DNA of 32,000 bases, from NCBI RefSeq assembly GCF_000020225.1, contig NC_010655.1, positions 1,410,001 to 1,442,000 on the forward strand, given 5' to 3'. The stretch is from Akkermansia muciniphila ATCC BAA-835. Lineage in GTDB: Bacteria > Verrucomicrobiota > Verrucomicrobiia > Verrucomicrobiales > Akkermansiaceae. Each line of letters opens with the position of its first letter. Positions within the stretch are counted from its first letter, which is position 1. This document shows, one piece after another, positions 17,916 through 27,831 of the stretch. A program made the position numbers and the translations under genes. The notes below the pieces were generated by a model. The model was not told the DNA's origin, made no database searches, and worked only from the letters and a program-made list of their open reading frames with translations.

Positions 17916-18970
17916 CTGAGTTCGTCCGGAAGCTGGTTGACGATTTTCTTGATTTCGTCCGCCTTGTTTTTATCCGCAATGAGGATGGCGTCCGCCGTTT
18001 CCACCACAATCAGGTTTTCCACTCCCAGCAGGGCCACGTGCTTGTCCCCCTTTTGGGAGAAAACAATGTTGCCGGAGGCGTCCTGCACGGTGATGTCCGT
18101 GTTGGTGGTGTTTTTATTGTGGGTTTCCAGATAGTTGGCTACGGATATCCAGGAACCTACGTCGTCCCAGTCAAAGGTTGCTTCCATGTTCAGCACTCTG
18201 TCCGCATGCTCCATGAGCGCGAAGTCTATGGAGACGGGGGTGAGCGCCGGGAATTCTTCCCGGATGGTTTCCTGCGGGGCCGGAGATTCCGCAACGTGTT
18301 CCACGAAGGAGGCCAGTTCCGGGCAGTGCTTGTCCAGCTGTTCGCACACGGCAGGAATGCTCCATACGAACATGCCGGCGTTCCAGCAGAAATTGCCCCG
18401 GCTCAGGTAGGCTGCAGCCGTGGCCGTGTCCGGTTTTTCGCGGAATTGAATGACTTCGCGGCAGGAACAGCCCGGAGCGGAGTGGATTTCTTTTCCGCGT
18501 TCAATGTAGCCGTAGGAGGGGCAGGGCCAGGTTGGCTTGATACCCACGGTGACAAGCGCTTTTTCCCTGGCAGCCGTGTCCATGGCGGCTTTCATCAGGG
18601 TGCGGAAGGAGTCCTGGTCCTGAATGAGCTGGTCGGAGGGGATAACGAGCATGACTCCGTGCGGGTCCGCCGCCTTGATGAGACCAATGCCCAGGGCGAT
18701 GGCAGGCGCCGTGTCCCGGCGCACGGGTTCGGAAATGATGTTGTCCACGGGAATATCGTGGGCCTGGCGGCGCACTTCCGCTTCCTGCAGATGGTTGGTC
18801 AGGATAAAGATGTTTTGCCTGGGCACCAGCCCGTCCAGCCTGTCGATAGCCTGGCGAAGGAGGGTTCCTTCTCCGAACATGTTCAGGAGTTGTTTGGGGC
18901 GGTGGTCGCGGGAAAGAGGCCAGAAACGGGTGCCGCTGCCGCCGGCCAGAATAAGAGCGTATTGGTTCAT
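17912..18970 (-). CDS. manC: mannose-1-phosphate guanylyltransferase (short form, no PMI/cupin domain)
   Basis: The N-terminus MNQYALILAGGSGTRFWPLSR is canonical. The nucleotidyl-transferase fold runs throughout, with a left-handed beta-helix-like C-terminus. I start at ATG 18970. Confidence 0.88.
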   Translation of the reverse strand: MNQYALILAGGSGTRFWPLSRDHRPKQLLNMFGEGTLLRQAIDRLDGLVPRQNIFILTNHLQEAEVRRQAHDIPVDNIISEPVRRDTAPAIALGIGLIKAADPHGVMLVIPSDQLIQDQDSFRTLMKAAMDTAAREKALVTVGIKPTWPCPSYGYIERGKEIHSAPGCSCREVIQFREKPDTATAAAYLSRGNFCWNAGMFVWSIPAVCEQLDKHCPELASFVEHVAESPAPQETIREEFPALTPVSIDFALMEHADRVLNMEATFDWDDVGSWISVANYLETHNKNTTNTDITVQDASGNIVFSQKGDKHVALLGVENLIVVETADAILIADKNKADEIKKIVNQLPDELR

Positions 18971-19002
18971 GGCTGTTTCGCAGGAATGGGGGTTCAAGAG
19001 GG

Positions 19003-19719
19003 TCAGAGAGCGCCGAAACGGCGTTTTCTACGGGAGTAGTCCAGCAGAGCAGCTTCCATGTCCCGGTCGCAAAAGTCCGGCCACAACGTGTCCGTCACAT
19101 GAATTTCCGCATAGCTGATTTGCCAGAGAAGAAAGTTGGAGACGCGCATTTCTCCAGAGGTGCGGATAAGCAGATCCGGTTCCGGCATGCCGGCGGTGTC
19201 CAGGTACTCGCCGAACAGGTCTTCCGTCACGGCGTCCGGCGGGAGTTCTCCGCGGGAGACTTTTTCCGCTATTTTCCTGGCGGCGGCGGCGATTTCCCCC
19301 CGGCTGCCGTAGGAAATGGCCAGAACCAGGTTGAGCCTGGTGTTTCCCGAAGTGGCTTCCAGACTGTTCTGAAGCAGTTTCCGGGTGCGGGCGGGAATGC
19401 GGGAGAGATCTCCTATGGCGTGGAGGCGCACGCCTTTTTCCATCATTTGGTTGAGGCGTTTTTTCAGGAATTCGTGCAGAAGGAGCATCAGCGCGCGCAC
19501 TTCCGTCTTCGGACGGTTCCAGTTTTCCGAGGAAAAGGCGTAAAGGGTGAGCCAGGGGATATCATGGGCCATGCAGAAGTCCGCACAGCGTTCCACCGTA
19601 TCCGCTCCCGCCCGGTGGCCTGCCTGCCGCGGCAGATGGCGGCTGTTCGCCCAGCGGCCGTTGCCGTCCATGATGCAGGCGATGTGAGTCGGCAGTTTTT
19701 CCTTGGGAATGGTAAGCAT
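19003..19719 (-). CDS. uppS: undecaprenyl diphosphate synthase (cis-isoprenyl transferase)
   Basis: UppS motifs are present (HIACIMDGNGRWA, TLYAFSSENWNRP, IRTSGEMRVSNFLLWQISYAEIHV). I start at ATG 19719 (MLTIPKEK). Confidence 0.92.
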   Translation of the reverse strand: MLTIPKEKLPTHIACIMDGNGRWANSRHLPRQAGHRAGADTVERCADFCMAHDIPWLTLYAFSSENWNRPKTEVRALMLLLHEFLKKRLNQMMEKGVRLHAIGDLSRIPARTRKLLQNSLEATSGNTRLNLVLAISYGSRGEIAAAARKIAEKVSRGELPPDAVTEDLFGEYLDTAGMPEPDLLIRTSGEMRVSNFLLWQISYAEIHVTDTLWPDFCDRDMEAALLDYSRRKRRFGAL

Positions 19720-19741
19720 AGATAAGCGTCGCTCCGTTACT

Positions 19742-21583
19742 CTAGTCCATGACCGGGTCCAGTTCAACACGCAAGTTGTTCAGGATGTATTCCTGTCTTT
19801 CCCGCGTGTTTTTGCCCATGTAGAAGGACAGCAGGTCTTTTACCTTGTGGGAGTCTTCCAGCCGGACGCGGTCCAGGCGCATCCCTTCCCCGATGAAAGC
19901 CTTGAATTCCTGGGGGGAGATTTCTCCCAGGCCTTTGAACCGGGTAATTTCCGGGTTTTTCCCCAGCAGGCTGATGGCTTCCTCCCTCTCTGCGTCCGAG
20001 TAGCAGTAAATGGTTTGCTGTTTGTTGCGCACGCGGAAGAGGGGGGTCTGGAGGATGAAGAGGTGTCCCTCCCGGATCAATTCCGGAAAGAACTGGATGA
20101 AGAATGTCATCAAAAGGATGCGGATGTGCATGCCGTCGTCATCGGCGTCCGTGGCGATGACTACCTTGTCATAGCGCAGTTCCTCCAGTCCGTTTTCAAT
20201 ATTCAGGGCATGCTGGAGGAAGTTGAATTCCTCATTTTCATAGACGACTTTACGGCTCATGCCGAAGGAGTTCAGCGGCTTGCCCCGCAGGGAGAAAACG
20301 GCCTGGGTTTCCGCGTCGCGCGCCGTAGTGATGGAGCCGGAGGCGGAGATGCCTTCCGTAATGAAGAGGGTGGTTTCCCCGGCGCGGGAGTGTTTGGAGT
20401 TGTAATGCACCCGGCAGTCCCGGAGGTTCTTGTTGTGAATTTTGGCCTTGCGGGCGTTTTCGCGCGCCAGCTTCTGGATACCGGAGAGTTCCTTGCGGTC
20501 CCGTTCGGAATCCTTGATTTTTGCTTCCAGAGCTTTGGCCGTTTCCGGGTTTTTGTGCAGGTAGTTGTCCAGCTCCCTGGCAATGAAGTTGCCCACAAAG
20601 GTGCGGATGGTTTCCCCTTCCGGGCTGATGGTGTTGGACCCCAGCTTGGTTTTGGTCTGGGATTCGAAGACGGGTTCCTTTACCTTGATGGAGATGGCGG
20701 CTACGAGGGAGGAACGGATGTCCCCCGCCTCATAGTTTTTCTTGAAGAAGTCCCTCAGGGTTTTGACGATGGCTTCCCGGAAGGCCGCCTGGTGGGTGCC
20801 TCCCTGGGTGGTGTGCTGCCCGTTGACGAAGGAGTAGTGCTCCTCCCCGTATTGGCCGCCGTGGGTGAAGGCCACTTCAATGTCATGCCCTTCCAGATGG
20901 ATGATGGGGTACAGGGGGGCCTCGCTCATCGCTTCCGCAAGCAGGTCCAGCAACCCGTTTTTGGAGATGTAGCGGCGGCCGTTGAAATGCAAGGCCAGCC
21001 CTTTGTTGAGGTAGGAGTAGTATCTGCACATTTTTTCGATATACTCCGGCCGGAATTGCGTGGCCGCGGGAAAGATGTCCGGGTCCGCGTGGAAAGCCGT
21101 GCGGGTGCCGTTGGGTTCCTCCGTGGCTCCGTCCTTCCGTCCCTTGGGGATTTCCTTTCCGCGGCAGAACTGGTAGGAACGCGTTTCCCCGTCGCGATAG
21201 GCCTGGATTTCAAAGAAGTCGGACAGGGCGTTGACCGCCTTGATGCCCACTCCATTGAGGCCTACGGATTTTTTGAAGGCGTCGCTGTCATATTTGGCCC
21301 CGGTGTTGATTTTTGCGGCGCAGTCCAGCAGTTTGCCCAGCGGGATGCCGCGGCCGAAGTCGCGCACTTCGCACAGGCCGTCCGGAGTCACGTCAATGGT
21401 GATTTTTTTGCCGAACCCCATCACGAATTCGTCGATTGAGTTGTCGATGACTTCTTTCAGAAGGACGTAAATGCCGTCGTCCGGGGAGGCTCCGTCACCC
21501 AGTTTGCCGATGTACATCCCCGGGCGCATGCGGATGTGTTCCCTCCAATCCAGGGTTTTGATGCTGTTTTCGTCGTAGGCCAT
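19742..21583 (-). CDS. parE: type IIA DNA topoisomerase subunit B (topoisomerase IV ParE-type, 613 aa)
   Basis: The GHKL ATPase N-terminus ([36 protein letters not shown]) is followed by Toprim ([24 protein letters not shown]) and [11 protein letters not shown] start at ATG 21583. The track ORF extension to 22120 is antisense to ispE. Confidence 0.88.
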   Translation of the reverse strand: MAYDENSIKTLDWREHIRMRPGMYIGKLGDGASPDDGIYVLLKEVIDNSIDEFVMGFGKKITIDVTPDGLCEVRDFGRGIPLGKLLDCAAKINTGAKYDSDAFKKSVGLNGVGIKAVNALSDFFEIQAYRDGETRSYQFCRGKEIPKGRKDGATEEPNGTRTAFHADPDIFPAATQFRPEYIEKMCRYYSYLNKGLALHFNGRRYISKNGLLDLLAEAMSEAPLYPIIHLEGHDIEVAFTHGGQYGEEHYSFVNGQHTTQGGTHQAAFREAIVKTLRDFFKKNYEAGDIRSSLVAAISIKVKEPVFESQTKTKLGSNTISPEGETIRTFVGNFIARELDNYLHKNPETAKALEAKIKDSERDRKELSGIQKLARENARKAKIHNKNLRDCRVHYNSKHSRAGETTLFITEGISASGSITTARDAETQAVFSLRGKPLNSFGMSRKVVYENEEFNFLQHALNIENGLEELRYDKVVIATDADDDGMHIRILLMTFFIQFFPELIREGHLFILQTPLFRVRNKQQTIYCYSDAEREEAISLLGKNPEITRFKGLGEISPQEFKAFIGEGMRLDRVRLEDSHKVKDLLSFYMGKNTRERQEYILNNLRVELDPVMD

Positions 21584-21707
21584 GTGCAACGGGGTCGCGC
21601 TTATTATAGCGGCGCCCCCGGAATTTGCGAAGAAAAAATGAGGGGCTGTCCGTCTGCGTTCGATGGAGCTTGACCCGGAGGCCGTCCCTTGGTGGAATCC
21701 ACGGCGT

Positions 21708-22556
21708 ATGATCAGTTGCAAGGCTCCGTGCAAAGTGAACGTTTCCCTCCGCGTTCTGGGAAAGAGGCCGGACGGCTTCCATGAGGTGGATACCGTGATG
21801 GTTCCCTTGGATTTGTGTGATGTGCTGGAGTTTTCGCCGGCGGCCTGTCTGGAGATGAGCTGCGACGCCCCGGGCGTGCCTCTGGATGAGAGCAACCTGG
21901 TCATGAAAGCGGGCCGGCTGATGGAGCGGGAGCTGGGAAGGCCCATGCCGTGGCATGTCCGCCTGGTGAAAAAGGTGCCCCATGGCGCGGGGCTGGGCGG
22001 CGGCAGCAGTGACGCCGCATGCGTGCTGTGCACCCTCAATGAGCTGGAACGCGGAGGTTTGTCCCGGGAGCGCCTGGCGGAGCTGGGCGGGGAAATCGGT
22101 TCCGACGTGGGGTTTTTCATTTATGGCGCGGCGAGCCGCTGCACCGGGCGCGGAGAGAAGGTGGAGCCCTTGCCGGAGTGGAAGGGGTGGCGTCCCCGGG
22201 TTGTCTTGTTGAAGCCGTCGTTTGGTGTCTCCACGCCGGACGCTTACCGCCGCTGGTCCGGTTCCAGGGAATTGCCCGGCATTCCCTATGGGGAGCAGGA
22301 TGTGGACGGCCATGTGCTAGTCAATGATCTGGAAAGGCCTGTGTTTGAAAAGCATTTATTCCTGGCGGAAGTGAAGCGCTGGCTGATGGGGCGGCCCGGG
22401 GTGCGCGGCGCCATGATGTCCGGTTCCGGTTCCACCATGTTCGCCGTGGTGGAGGATGAAGGAACCGGACGCGCGCTGATGGAGGATGCCGCCCGGGAGC
22501 TGGACCCCACTTTATGGATGTGGTCCGGCCTGGTGATGCAGGATGACGCGCGGTAA
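21708..22556 (+). CDS. ispE: 4-diphosphocytidyl-2-C-methyl-D-erythritol kinase
   Basis: GHMP-kinase motifs are present ([50 protein letters not shown]). The start is ATG 21708 (MISCKAPCK) or the upstream ATG 21663. The gene is divergent from parE. Confidence 0.88.
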   Translation: MISCKAPCKVNVSLRVLGKRPDGFHEVDTVMVPLDLCDVLEFSPAACLEMSCDAPGVPLDESNLVMKAGRLMERELGRPMPWHVRLVKKVPHGAGLGGGSSDAACVLCTLNELERGGLSRERLAELGGEIGSDVGFFIYGAASRCTGRGEKVEPLPEWKGWRPRVVLLKPSFGVSTPDAYRRWSGSRELPGIPYGEQDVDGHVLVNDLERPVFEKHLFLAEVKRWLMGRPGVRGAMMSGSGSTMFAVVEDEGTGRALMEDAARELDPTLWMWSGLVMQDDAR

Positions 22557-22619
22557 AAACGTGATTCCGCAGGAGGCCTTGCCTTGACGGAGGGGGAGGC
22601 ATGCCGTTACACTCCGTCC

Positions 22620-23186
22620 ATGATTAAGAGTTTGTTGGCAGGCATGATGGTGGCGGCTGTATGCGCCGTCCAGGCCGGTGAATATGGGGACAGCGCCGTC
22701 CGGGCCGCCCGGGAGCTTTCCGGGGCGGTGAAGACGGGCGACATGATGTGGATGATTGAGAAGATGTACCCGCCCATGAAGAAGCAGCTTGTTGCTTCCT
22801 TTCCAGGCGGGGAGGCCTCCTTCATGGAGACCATGAGGGAAAAGATGCAGGCCGCCGCCGCCGTGATGAAGGAACGCGGCATGGTGGTGGAGACGTATGA
22901 AATAGGCCAGCCTGCGGCGGAACATCTGGTGAAGGGCGGCGGGGAGGTGCTGGTGGTGCTTCCCACGCGGATGGTCATTTCCATGAAGCGTCCGGACGGG
23001 GTGCCCGTGAAGGTGGAGAATACCGGTGTTCTGGTGCTGGTGAAGGATTTGAAGGATAAGGGGCCCTGGACGTTCATCGACGCTTCCAGAATGAATGCGA
23101 ACGGCTTGCGCTCCATGTTCTATGACCTGCCTGAAAAGGTGAATCTTCCGCCGGTTTCTTCCCGCCAGCTTCCCGTGGGCCAGTAA
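22620..23186 (+). CDS. hypothetical exported protein
   Basis: 188 aa from ATG 22620 with a signal-peptide-like N-terminus (MIKSLLAGMMVAAVCAVQAG). Codon usage matches the neighbours. I recognise no family. Confidence 0.55.
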   Translation: MIKSLLAGMMVAAVCAVQAGEYGDSAVRAARELSGAVKTGDMMWMIEKMYPPMKKQLVASFPGGEASFMETMREKMQAAAAVMKERGMVVETYEIGQPAAEHLVKGGGEVLVVLPTRMVISMKRPDGVPVKVENTGVLVLVKDLKDKGPWTFIDASRMNANGLRSMFYDLPEKVNLPPVSSRQLPVGQ

Positions 23187-23206
23187 GGGGGGGCAGGTTC
23201 CCACAT

Positions 23207-25192
23207 ATGAAGGCCGCCGGGGAAGAGGGCATGGAAGGCGTCAGCGCTTTTGAGGCTTATGTCCACCGGGCATTTGCCCCGGACGGATTGTTTTCCCGTG
23301 CCAGGGATTTTGAGTACCGGGCGGAGCAGCAGAGCATGGCCCTGGCTGTGGCGAGGGCGCTCCAAGTGGATGCGCCGCTGCTGGTGGAGGCCGGCACAGG
23401 CGTGGGCAAGTCCCTGGGGTATTTGCTGCCGGCGGTGAAGTTTGCTTTGGATTTTGACCGGAAGGCGGTGATTTCCACGCATACCATCAATTTGCAGGAG
23501 CAGTTGTTCAACAAGGATATTCCGCTGCTGCGCACCGCCCTGGGGATTGATTTTTCCGCCGCCCTGCTGAAGGGCAGGCAGAATTACCTGTGCCATACCC
23601 GCCTGCGGCGCGCGCTGGCGCAGATGGATTCCCTCTTTACGCAGGGTGAGGCCGCGGAGTTGAAGAGGATCCAGGACTGGGCCCTGAGAACGCAGGACGG
23701 CACCCTGAGCGATATGGCATTCCGGCCGTCTTCCAAGGTATGGGCCATGGTCTGCAGCGAACCGCATGCGTGCAGCATGCGCCATTGCGGCCCTTCCTGT
23801 CCGTACCAGGCAGCCCGCAAGCGGGTTCTGGAGGCCAAAGTAGTGGTGCTTAACCATACCCTGTTTTTCGGGCTGATGGCCCAGGCGGAGGATTCCGAGG
23901 AGGCGGGGTTCGTGTTTCCCGGGGATTTTGTGATTCTGGACGAGGCTCACATGATTGAGAACATCGCCGCCCGCCAGCTAGGCGTCCAGCTCTCGGAACC
24001 GCATTTGAATTATGAATTGCTGCGGATGTACAATCCGCGCACGCACAAGGGGTTGCTGAAACCGCTGAACAATCCGTCCCTGTTTCAGCGGGTTCAGGAC
24101 GTGATGGACGCCTCCGGCCTGTTTTTCCAGAATGCGCGGGATGACCTGGGGTTTGCTGGTTCCGGAAAGATTGTCCGCATTCTTCAGCCGGAGTGGTCGC
24201 AGGATATTCTTTCTCAGCCTTTGATGGAACTGATCGGGGAATTGAAAACGGAGAGGGAGAAACAGGAGGAAAATGCAGCCGTGAAGGATGAACTGGCGGA
24301 TATGGCCGCCCGGATGGAGGAGGCGCAGGCTTCCCTGAAGGTGCTGATGGACATGACGGAGGAAGGTCACGTATATTGGGCGGAGCGTTCCGGTCCGGAT
24401 GGAAGGAACATGAGCGTTTGCTCCGCTCCCGTGGAGGTGGGAGATATTTTGAGGGAACGCCTGTTTTCCGCCGGACGTTCCGCCATTCTGACTTCCGCCA
24501 CGCTGGGGACCGGAGATGCGGACATGAGTTATTTTGCGGGGCGCGTAGGGGCGGAACGCATTCGGAAGCTTCAGATCGGAAGCCCGTTCAATTACCGGGA
24601 GCAGATGCGGCTGATTGTAGCCCGCTCCATGCCGGAGCCGGACCAGCCGGAGTATGCGGAAGTTTTGCCGGAATGGATTAAAAGGTATCTGGCGGAGTCC
24701 CGCGGCAGGGCTTTCGTGCTGTTTACCAGCTATCGTCTGATGGTTCAGGCGGCGGAGAAAGTGCGTCCTTTTTGCGAGGAACAGGGATGGACGCTGTATG
24801 TGCAGGGGCAGGATATGCAGCGGCATGCCATGCTGGAGGCGTTCCGGAAGGATGTGGACAGCGTGCTTTTCGGAACGGACAGTTTCTGGACCGGGGTGGA
24901 TGTGCCGGGAGAATCTCTTTCCAACGTTATTGTCACGCGCTTGCCGTTTGAAGTGCCGGATCATCCGCTTGTGGAGTCCCGTTTTGAGAGTATCAGGGAA
25001 CGCGGGGGGAATCCGTTTTACGAATATTCCGTACCTGTAGCCATTCTGAAGCTGCGGCAGGGGGTAGGGCGGCTGATCCGCACCAGGAGCGATTCCGGCA
25101 TGGTGGTGATTCTTGATCCGCGCGTAGCTACCAAGAGGTATGGAATGCGTTTTCTCAAGTCCCTGCCGGAGGCCCGGCTGGAGTTTGTATGA
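23207..25192 (+). CDS. dinG: ATP-dependent DNA helicase, DinG/XPD (Rad3-related) family with Fe-S cluster cysteines
   Basis: It has Walker A (EAGTGVGKS), a DEAH box (VILDEAHMIEN) and a Cys cluster (YLCH...CSEPHACSMRHCGPSCPY). The C-terminal helicase motifs are present (GTDSFWTGVDVPG, LRQGVGRLIRT). Confidence 0.85.
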   Translation: MKAAGEEGMEGVSAFEAYVHRAFAPDGLFSRARDFEYRAEQQSMALAVARALQVDAPLLVEAGTGVGKSLGYLLPAVKFALDFDRKAVISTHTINLQEQLFNKDIPLLRTALGIDFSAALLKGRQNYLCHTRLRRALAQMDSLFTQGEAAELKRIQDWALRTQDGTLSDMAFRPSSKVWAMVCSEPHACSMRHCGPSCPYQAARKRVLEAKVVVLNHTLFFGLMAQAEDSEEAGFVFPGDFVILDEAHMIENIAARQLGVQLSEPHLNYELLRMYNPRTHKGLLKPLNNPSLFQRVQDVMDASGLFFQNARDDLGFAGSGKIVRILQPEWSQDILSQPLMELIGELKTEREKQEENAAVKDELADMAARMEEAQASLKVLMDMTEEGHVYWAERSGPDGRNMSVCSAPVEVGDILRERLFSAGRSAILTSATLGTGDADMSYFAGRVGAERIRKLQIGSPFNYREQMRLIVARSMPEPDQPEYAEVLPEWIKRYLAESRGRAFVLFTSYRLMVQAAEKVRPFCEEQGWTLYVQGQDMQRHAMLEAFRKDVDSVLFGTDSFWTGVDVPGESLSNVIVTRLPFEVPDHPLVESRFESIRERGGNPFYEYSVPVAILKLRQGVGRLIRTRSDSGMVVILDPRVATKRYGMRFLKSLPEARLEFV

Positions 25193-25199
25193 GTTTTTT

Positions 25200-25970
25200 T
25201 CAGGATGCCCCGGAATTGTTCCGTTGCCTCTCCTGCCGCATCAGGAGGTAGCTGAGGGGTTGTTCCAGGCGCGCTTCTTCCAGAAGGGAGCGGTCCGCAA
25301 AGATGTCGGGAACGGGAGCGTCTGCCAGGATGGAACCGTCTTTCATTACGATGCAGCGCGTGCACAGATCCATGACCATGTCCAGATCATGGGTAGCAAT
25401 GATTTTGGTATGGGTGAATTGGCGCAACAGGCTGATGAGGGTACGGCGGGAGGCAGGGTCCAGGTTGGCGCTCGGTTCGTCCAGCACCAGGATGTCCGGA
25501 CTCATGGAGAGGACCGTGGCGATGGAGACGGCCCGTTTTTCCCCTCCGGAAAGATGGTGGGTCATTTTGTCTGCCAGGGCTTCCGCATGGACATTCCGCA
25601 GGGCCTGTTCCACGCGGCGGCGGATTTCCTCCGGGGGGAGCCCCATGTTGAGCGGCCCGAAGGCCACGTCTTCCCGGACAGTAGGCATGAATAGCTGGTC
25701 TTCCGCCTGCTGGAAGACCATTCCCACGCTTTCCCGGACGCGGGCGACGGTTTTGGGGGTCACGGGAATGTCCCCTACCCGTACCTGGCCGGAAGAGGGG
25801 GTCAGCAGGCCGTTGAGGTGGAGCAGCAGCGTGGATTTCCCTGCGCCGTTTCCGCCTACGACGGCGACGGATTCCCCGTGGGTGATGCGCAGGGAAACGC
25901 CGTTCAGCGCCGGAGGGGAATCCGGGTAGCTGAAACACAAGTCAATAGTTTCTACAAGGTGGTGGCTCAT
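25200..25970 (-). CDS. cbiO: ECF-type cobalt/nickel transporter ATP-binding protein
   Basis: It carries Walker A (GGNGAGKST), the signature LSGGEKRAV and Walker B (ILVLDEPSANLD). Its ATG overlaps the cbiQ stop as ATGA (25967-25970). Confidence 0.88.
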   Translation of the reverse strand: MSHHLVETIDLCFSYPDSPPALNGVSLRITHGESVAVVGGNGAGKSTLLLHLNGLLTPSSGQVRVGDIPVTPKTVARVRESVGMVFQQAEDQLFMPTVREDVAFGPLNMGLPPEEIRRRVEQALRNVHAEALADKMTHHLSGGEKRAVSIATVLSMSPDILVLDEPSANLDPASRRTLISLLRQFTHTKIIATHDLDMVMDLCTRCIVMKDGSILADAPVPDIFADRSLLEEARLEQPLSYLLMRQERQRNNSGAS

Positions 25971-26779
25971 GGGATGAGGCTGCGGGCGTACTGGCCCGCG
26001 AGCATGGTGATGTTGAAACAGCGGAACAGAATGACGAGAATGCAGAAAAGAAGGCCTCCCGCTGCGCCACGGCCAGTGATGACGCTGCGGGAATTGACGA
26101 ATTCAGGATCTTCCCCGCCTCTGCACAGGACGGCCTGGTAAATGCGTTCCGCCCGCCCGAATGCCCGCAGCAGAAGTTGTCCGGCCATGGCCCCCCACGT
26201 GGAAAGAGGGATGGGCCCGGAGCCTCCCCGCCGGGAGCGGAATGCCATCAGCATATGTTGGCATTCATCCACCAGGATAAAGGCGTACCGGTACAGGAAG
26301 GTCATCAGCGTGATTAGAATGCGCGGAGCGCCGAGCTGCCTCAGGCCGCGGCAGAGAGGCGCAAAGCCTGTGGAGGCCAACAGCGTGAAGGCGCCCAGGA
26401 TGGTGAGCATGCACCTCAGGATGATGGAGATGAAGGAGATCATGCCCTGCGTGACGGGAATGCCGAACCATTCTCCCATGGGAGTTCTGTCCACCAGAGG
26501 GTTGAAGAGGCCTATCATGACGGCGACGGGCAGCAGCCACAGGGTACGTTTCAGAAGGTAGCCCAGGGGAAGGCCCGCCAGGCGGATGACACAGACCGGG
26601 AACAGGAAGAAAGGCAGGAGTCCCGTAATTTCCTGCGGAGGCCAGGAAAGAACGCAGATTTGATAGACGAGGAAAGCTCCGATTTTAATGCGGGCGTCCA
26701 GACGGTGGATGCCGGTATTTCCGCAGGAAAACCGATCCATCTGGCGGAATTGCTGCGAGGCGTCCGTAAACAGTGGCAT
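25967..26779 (-). CDS. cbiQ: ECF transporter transmembrane (T) component CbiQ/EcfT
   Basis: 270-aa polytopic membrane protein with CbiQ-like features (LDARIKI, the Ala-Arg-Gly-type coupling region AFRSRRGG). It lies between the cbiM-like and cbiO genes. Confidence 0.85.
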   Translation of the reverse strand: MPLFTDASQQFRQMDRFSCGNTGIHRLDARIKIGAFLVYQICVLSWPPQEITGLLPFFLFPVCVIRLAGLPLGYLLKRTLWLLPVAVMIGLFNPLVDRTPMGEWFGIPVTQGMISFISIILRCMLTILGAFTLLASTGFAPLCRGLRQLGAPRILITLMTFLYRYAFILVDECQHMLMAFRSRRGGSGPIPLSTWGAMAGQLLLRAFGRAERIYQAVLCRGGEDPEFVNSRSVITGRGAAGGLLFCILVILFRCFNITMLAGQYARSLIP

Positions 26780-26787
26780 GGGGAGGG

Positions 26788-27831
26788 TCAGCGGGGGCAG
26801 TGGCTGTGCGGTTTTCTGCCGAACAGGAAACCGGCCGCAAAAATAAGGGCTGCAATAATGGCGCTTCCCAGCACGCCGGCCATGCTCGTTTCAGGGTTGA
26901 CAATGGAGGAGGAAGCTTCCGTTTCTGCGGTGTTTGCCCCGTCATCAGCGGGAAAGGCGTAGTCCGGCATAATGGCGGTGGCCTCCTGTACGGTTTCCAG
27001 GTTCCGGTGGAGGGGGGACGGTTCCGCCAGCCTGGTTTCTTCCGACCCGGTGACTCCGGCTACAGACCATTCCAGTCCGTCAGGATAGGCGGAGGCGAAC
27101 CAGGAGAGGGCGGCTCCGCAGAGCAGGGCCGCTACCGCAAAGATGCCCAAAACGGTCCAGGATGCTTTTTTGACGGTTCCGGTTTCCAAGTCGGCCGGGC
27201 GCAGCAGGGACGGCTGTGCCTTGCTGATGAAGATGACGACGGCTGCCGTAGCAAGGCCTTCTACGGCGCCGATGGCCAGATGAATGGGCAGCATCAATTC
27301 AACAAATTGGGCGAAGGGCAGGGCTGAGATGCCGGAGGCCGTTGTTTCCAGAACGACGGAGAAAGCCCCCATCTGGAGCCCGATGACGGCGGCGATGACG
27401 CTGGCCAGCGTGATGCGGCCCGTGCCGGTTTTTGTTCCGGCCAGGGGCCTGTAAATGAAAGGGTAAGCTACCAGGCAGGAGAAAAACCCCATATTGAAAA
27501 TATTGCAGCCCAGGGCCAGCAGCCCCCCATCCGCAAAGAAAAGGGCCTGCACCGTCAGGATGGCCGCCATGACCAGGAACCCCGCATACGGCCCCAGAAG
27601 GACCGCCAGGATGAGGCCGCCGCCCAGATGGCCGCTGGAGCCGGTGCCCGGAATGGTGAAATTCAGCATCTGGCAGGCAAAGATGAAGGCTCCCAGCACG
27701 CCCATGAGCGGGACGAGCCGCATTTCTTTTTCCTGCCTGACCTTACGTGTGCAGAGCGTTGTAATTGCAGCGGAAGCCGCCCACATGGTGCAGCCTACCG
27801 CCGGTGAGATGAAGCCGTCCGCCATATGCAT
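26788..27831 (-). CDS. cbiM: CbiM/NikM-family ECF substrate-capture component fused to a C-terminal PDGLE (CbiN/NikN-like) domain
   Basis: The N-terminal metal-ligand motif is MHMADGF. The polytopic CbiM core follows (GSSGHLGGG, FADGG). The C-terminal extension contains the literal PDGLEW motif plus a final TM helix. Confidence 0.85.
   Translation of the reverse strand: MHMADGFISPAVGCTMWAASAAITTLCTRKVRQEKEMRLVPLMGVLGAFIFACQMLNFTIPGTGSSGHLGGGLILAVLLGPYAGFLVMAAILTVQALFFADGGLLALGCNIFNMGFFSCLVAYPFIYRPLAGTKTGTGRITLASVIAAVIGLQMGAFSVVLETTASGISALPFAQFVELMLPIHLAIGAVEGLATAAVVIFISKAQPSLLRPADLETGTVKKASWTVLGIFAVAALLCGAALSWFASAYPDGLEWSVAGVTGSEETRLAEPSPLHRNLETVQEATAIMPDYAFPADDGANTAETEASSSIVNPETSMAGVLGSAIIAALIFAAGFLFGRKPHSHCPR

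Noticed and set aside
21584-22120. An N-terminal 179-codon extension of the parE ORF (to 22120). Similar extensions occur for corA (to 31064), the epimerase (from 1203), manC (to 18997), uppS (to 19770) and the GH27 gene (from 12946).
   Set aside because: The extensions overlap well-supported neighbouring genes or intergenic DNA and lack homology. Canonical family N-termini sit at internal ATGs with sensible spacing.
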